20,000 bases of DNA from positions 55,893-75,892 of the forward strand of contig CAZCRK010000002.1 of the NCBI GenBank assembly GCA_964501035.1, in the 5' to 3' direction. The notes beneath the pieces are model-generated. The model did not search any database and was not told the origin of the DNA. It was given only the letters and a program-made list of their open reading frames with translations. This document shows positions 17,646 through 20,000 of this stretch, piece after piece. Numbering within the stretch: position 1 is the stretch's first letter; every line of letters begins with the position of its first letter. Both the position numbers and the translations under genes were made by a program.

Positions 17646-19385
17646 ATGAAACACACAATCAAACATATCTCAACTTATCTTATTTTTATAATTACAGGAT
17701 TATTTGTTTTTACATCTTGTGATGACCCAGTAGAACCCGATACAACTGCACCATTAGTTGTCATCACATCCCCAGTTGAAGATGCAACATTGTCAAGTGC
17801 AACGACTATTCGGGTAGATGCTACAGATGATACAGGTGTAGAAAAAGTAGAATTTTTAATTGATGGGCAAACGGTGGCGACTGATACTGAAGAACCGTGG
17901 GAACACCTATGGCAAGTGAGTTATTACGCTGATGGTGAAACTCATTCTATTTTAGCCAAAGCCTCTGACGAAGCAGAGAATACAGGGCAAAGTGATTTAG
18001 TGCATGTCTTTGTATCAGAAAATGCACAGGAAACGCCAACACTACAAATACCCTTGAATTACACTGTTGAAAGAAACACTAATATAATTGACTTTATTTG
18101 GTCAAGTATTGCGGGTGCAGAGGAGTACATTGTAATAGTTTCCTCCAGTTATAATTTCACAGACACGGAGTATAGTATAACAACCTCAGACACAACTGTT
18201 ACTACTGATGCTTTAGTAGAAGGAAATCATTATTGGAAGGTTCGTGCAAAGAATAGTGTTGGTAACTATGGTGAGTGGTCAAGTTATTATACATTTGAAA
18301 TAACAGGTCCTGAAGCACCTACATTAATAACACCTGAGTATGGAGAACAGATTGCAGATGCAGAAAACGCTGATTTGGTTTGGTCAACATCAGAGTTTGC
18401 TGAAACTTATGATGTAATAGTTTCCTCCAGTTATAATTTCACAGACACGGAGTATAGTATAACAACCTCAGACACAACTGTTACTACTGATGCTTTAGTA
18501 GAAGGAAATCATTATTGGAAGGTTCGTGCAAAGAACAGTGTTGGTAATTATGGTGAATGGTCAAGTTATTATAGTTTTAGAATCGGTGAATCAGCATTTA
18601 CTGGTCAGATGGTATCCCTTTCCGGTGGCACTTTTGAGATGGGCGATATTTGGGGAGCAGGATATAGTAATGAACAACCGACTCATACCGTTACCTTGAG
18701 CAGTTTTGAGATGAGTGCTACAGAAATCACCAATCAGCAGTATGCAGACTATTTAACAGAAGCATTAGCAGATGGCAGTATATCAGCCACAAGTGGCAGT
18801 GTAACTGGTACTTGGGAAGGCAATACTTATGAATTTTTAGATTTAGATGATAGTGATTGTCAAATAACCTATTCAAACGGTCAATTTACTGTAGATGCAG
18901 GTAAAGAGAATTATCCAGTCATTGAAGTAAGTTGGTATGGATCAACAGGTTTTGCAGAGTATTATGGATGCAGACTACCTACCGAAGCAGAATGGGAATA
19001 TGCATCAAGAGGTATATCAGCAGGAGAAGACCATAAATGGTCAGGCACAAGTACAGAGAGCGAACTTACAGATTATGCGTGGTACTATGAAAATTGGGAT
19101 GGAAACTATCACGGAAGAGAAGTAGGTACAAAACTTCCGAATGGCAATGGATTATACGATATGAGTGGTAATGTATGGGAATGGGTATCCGATTGGTATG
19201 ATGATAGTTACTATTCTAATAGCCCCCAGAACGACCCACAAGGACCTTCAAGCGGTTCTTTTCGTGTTATACGCGGTGGCCGTTATTATAATGATTCCAA
19301 CTATTTGCGTTGTTCAAATCGTAACGGCAACGATCCGAGCTACACGGGCTACGGCATCGGTTTCCGTATTTCCAGGACAAATTNN
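17646..19385 (+). CDS. DGR target lipoprotein: Ig-like domain + 2 FN3-like repeats + FGE-sulfatase (CLec-fold) domain with C-terminal VR (about 579 aa)
   Basis: AGGAG ribosome-binding site at 17632 and lipobox FTSC. Ig-like DTTAPLVVITSP; FGE motifs FEMG, YPVIEVSW, RLPTEAEWEYA, GLYDMSGNVWEW, RVIRGG, GFR. The stop T(AG) falls in the N gap, inferred from copy 2. The ORF-track extension to 19445 is an artefact. Confidence 0.92.
18131..18573 (+). repeat. intragenic direct repeat, 161 bp x2 (18131-18291 and 18413-18573)
   Basis: Offset 282 nt (94 codons). Only 3 mismatches, all synonymous (AAT/AAC, AAC/AAT, GAG/GAA). Confidence 0.95.
19237..19383 (+). repeat. DGR variable repeat, copy 1
   Basis: Encodes QGPSSGSFRVIRGGRYYNDSNYLRCSNRNGNDPSYTGYGIGFRISRTN. 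Differs from copy 2 almost only at codon positions 1-2 of NNY codons. Confidence 0.9.
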
Positions 19386-19393
19386 NNNNNNNN
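19384..19393. other. assembly/scaffold gap (10 N)
   Basis: Run of ten N between the two VR copies. Confidence 0.99.
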
Positions 19394-19545
19394 CACAAGG
19401 ACCTTCAAGCGGTTCGTTTCGTGTTTTACGCGGTGGCGATTATGATGATGTTTCCGGCAGTTTGCGTTGTTCAAGTCGTAGCAGCGTCGGGCTTCCGAGC
19501 AGCGCGTTCAGCAGCATCGGTTTCCGTATTTCCAGGACAAATTAG
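19394..19545 (+). repeat. DGR variable repeat, copy 2 (ends in TAG)
   Basis: Encodes QGPSSGSFRVLRGGDYDDVSGSLRCSSRSSVGLPSSAFSSIGFRISRTN*. 26 substitutions plus a 3-nt insertion relative to copy 1. Confidence 0.9.
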
Positions 19546-19571
19546 TTACACTATGCACTTTAATTCTTTTA

Positions 19572-19620
19572 CCAGCCTGCTCCACGCTGTTTCGTGGCTG
19601 GCAGGCGCTTTTTTCTTTTG
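19572..19620 (+). other. GC-rich hairpin downstream of the VR, followed by a T tract (DGR target-recognition hairpin and/or terminator)
   Basis: GCCTGC (19575-19580) pairs with GCAGGC (19601-19606), enclosing CCACG-CTGTTT-CGTGG. A T-rich tail follows. Confidence 0.65.
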
Positions 19621-19645
19621 GTTCTTTTCTTTCAAAGAAAAGAAC
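19621..19645. repeat. perfect inverted repeat
   Basis: GTTCTTTTCTTT-C-AAAGAAAAGAAC, with 12-bp arms. Confidence 0.85.
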
Positions 19646-19656
19646 AGAATGTTAAT

Positions 19657-20000
19657 ATGATTGAGAAAGAAATAGAAATATTACCGAAAGTTTATGATTT
19701 AATTTTGTGGTATTCACCTAAAATAAGCCAATATCCAAAAAAGTATAAATACACAATTGGTGAGAGAATTACGAACACGCAGTTGGCGATATTAGAGCGA
19801 ATCATTGAAGCAAAATACACAAGTGGTAGTAAAAAGAAACATTTTCTTCGTCAAGCAAATCTAAACCTTGAAAAACTTAGGTTTTTAATAAGATTAAGTA
19901 AAGATTTGCAGTGTATATCCATTAAAGAGTATGAATTTGTATCTAAAAACATCAATGAGATTGGTCAAATGGTAGGTGGCTGGGAGAAATGGACTTTAGT
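19657..20000 (+). CDS. avd: DGR accessory variability determinant Avd (truncated by the window edge; absent from the ORF track)
   Basis: Manual translation: MIEKEIEILPKVYDLILWYSPKISQYPKKYKYTIGERITNTQLAILERIIEAKYTSGSKKKHFLRQANLNLEKLRFLIRLSKDLQCISIKEYEFVSKNINEIGQMVGGWEKWTL... It shows the bAvd-like four-helix-bundle pattern (YDL..W, PK..Y.IG.RI, LEKLRFLIRL, EIG.M.GGW). Confidence 0.92.
   Translation, partial: MIEKEIEILPKVYDLILWYSPKISQYPKKYKYTIGERITNTQLAILERIIEAKYTSGSKKKHFLRQANLNLEKLRFLIRLSKDLQCISIKEYEFVSKNINEIGQMVGGWEKWTL

Larger units (their letters stand above)
17646..20000 (+). mobile_element. diversity-generating retroelement (partial: target, VR, hairpin, avd)
   Basis: CLec/FGE target, adenine-type hypervariable VR, downstream hairpin and avd occur together. 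TR and RT are not in the window. Confidence 0.9.

Noticed and set aside
17145..17658. Minus-strand ORFs 17145-17396 and 17470-17658
   Set aside because: The first is a translation of the tRNA gene. The second is low-complexity AT-rich sequence in the divergent promoter region.
18595..19385. Target as a catalytic formylglycine-generating enzyme
   Set aside because: It lacks the two-cysteine catalytic motif of true FGE; that region is the hypervariable segment. It is more likely a binding domain.
19394..19545. Copy 2 as the DGR template repeat (TR)
   Set aside because: It has A at only 6 of 26 mismatches, and it carries the stop codon and downstream hairpin expected of a VR. Copy 1 also fails, with A at 14 of 26.
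18131..19545. Repeats as a CRISPR array, or the 161-bp repeat as a VR/TR pair
   Set aside because: The repeats are long, coding and two-copy, with no repeat-spacer periodicity. The 161-bp pair differs only at three synonymous third positions.
19384..19660. ORF-track extension of the target to 19445, and ORFs 18937-19125, 19165-19545 and 19421-19660
   Set aside because: Artefacts of reading through the N gap or alternative frames of the VR. Only the post-gap part of 19165-19545 is meaningful (VR copy 2).

Overview
AT-rich bacterial window. The gene content (dockerin-type C-terminus, DUF5683, archaeal-like geranylgeranyl reductase) suggests the FCB group, possibly Marinimicrobia; this is inference only. 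From 90 to 11843 a tightly packed + strand run encodes alaS, gcvPB, DUF296, RidA, DUF5683, purF, a UbiA prenyltransferase, an unannotated 2[4Fe-4S] ferredoxin, a geranylgeranyl-reductase-family enzyme and a DEDDh-exonuclease/DinG fusion. Two cold-shock genes flank a nitronate-monooxygenase/FabX-like flavoprotein and an unannotated minus-strand HesB-like gene with an in-frame UGA and a SECIS-like hairpin (probable selenoprotein). Next come a surface/heme gene cluster, a MORN-repeat lipoprotein and tRNA-Ser(GGA). The right end holds part of a diversity-generating retroelement (DGR): a lipoprotein target with a C-terminal FGE-type C-type lectin (CLec) domain, two differently mutagenised variable-region (VR) copies separated by a 10-N gap, downstream hairpins and an avd gene cut by the window edge. 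The template repeat (TR) and reverse transcriptase are not in the window and are predicted to lie just downstream.
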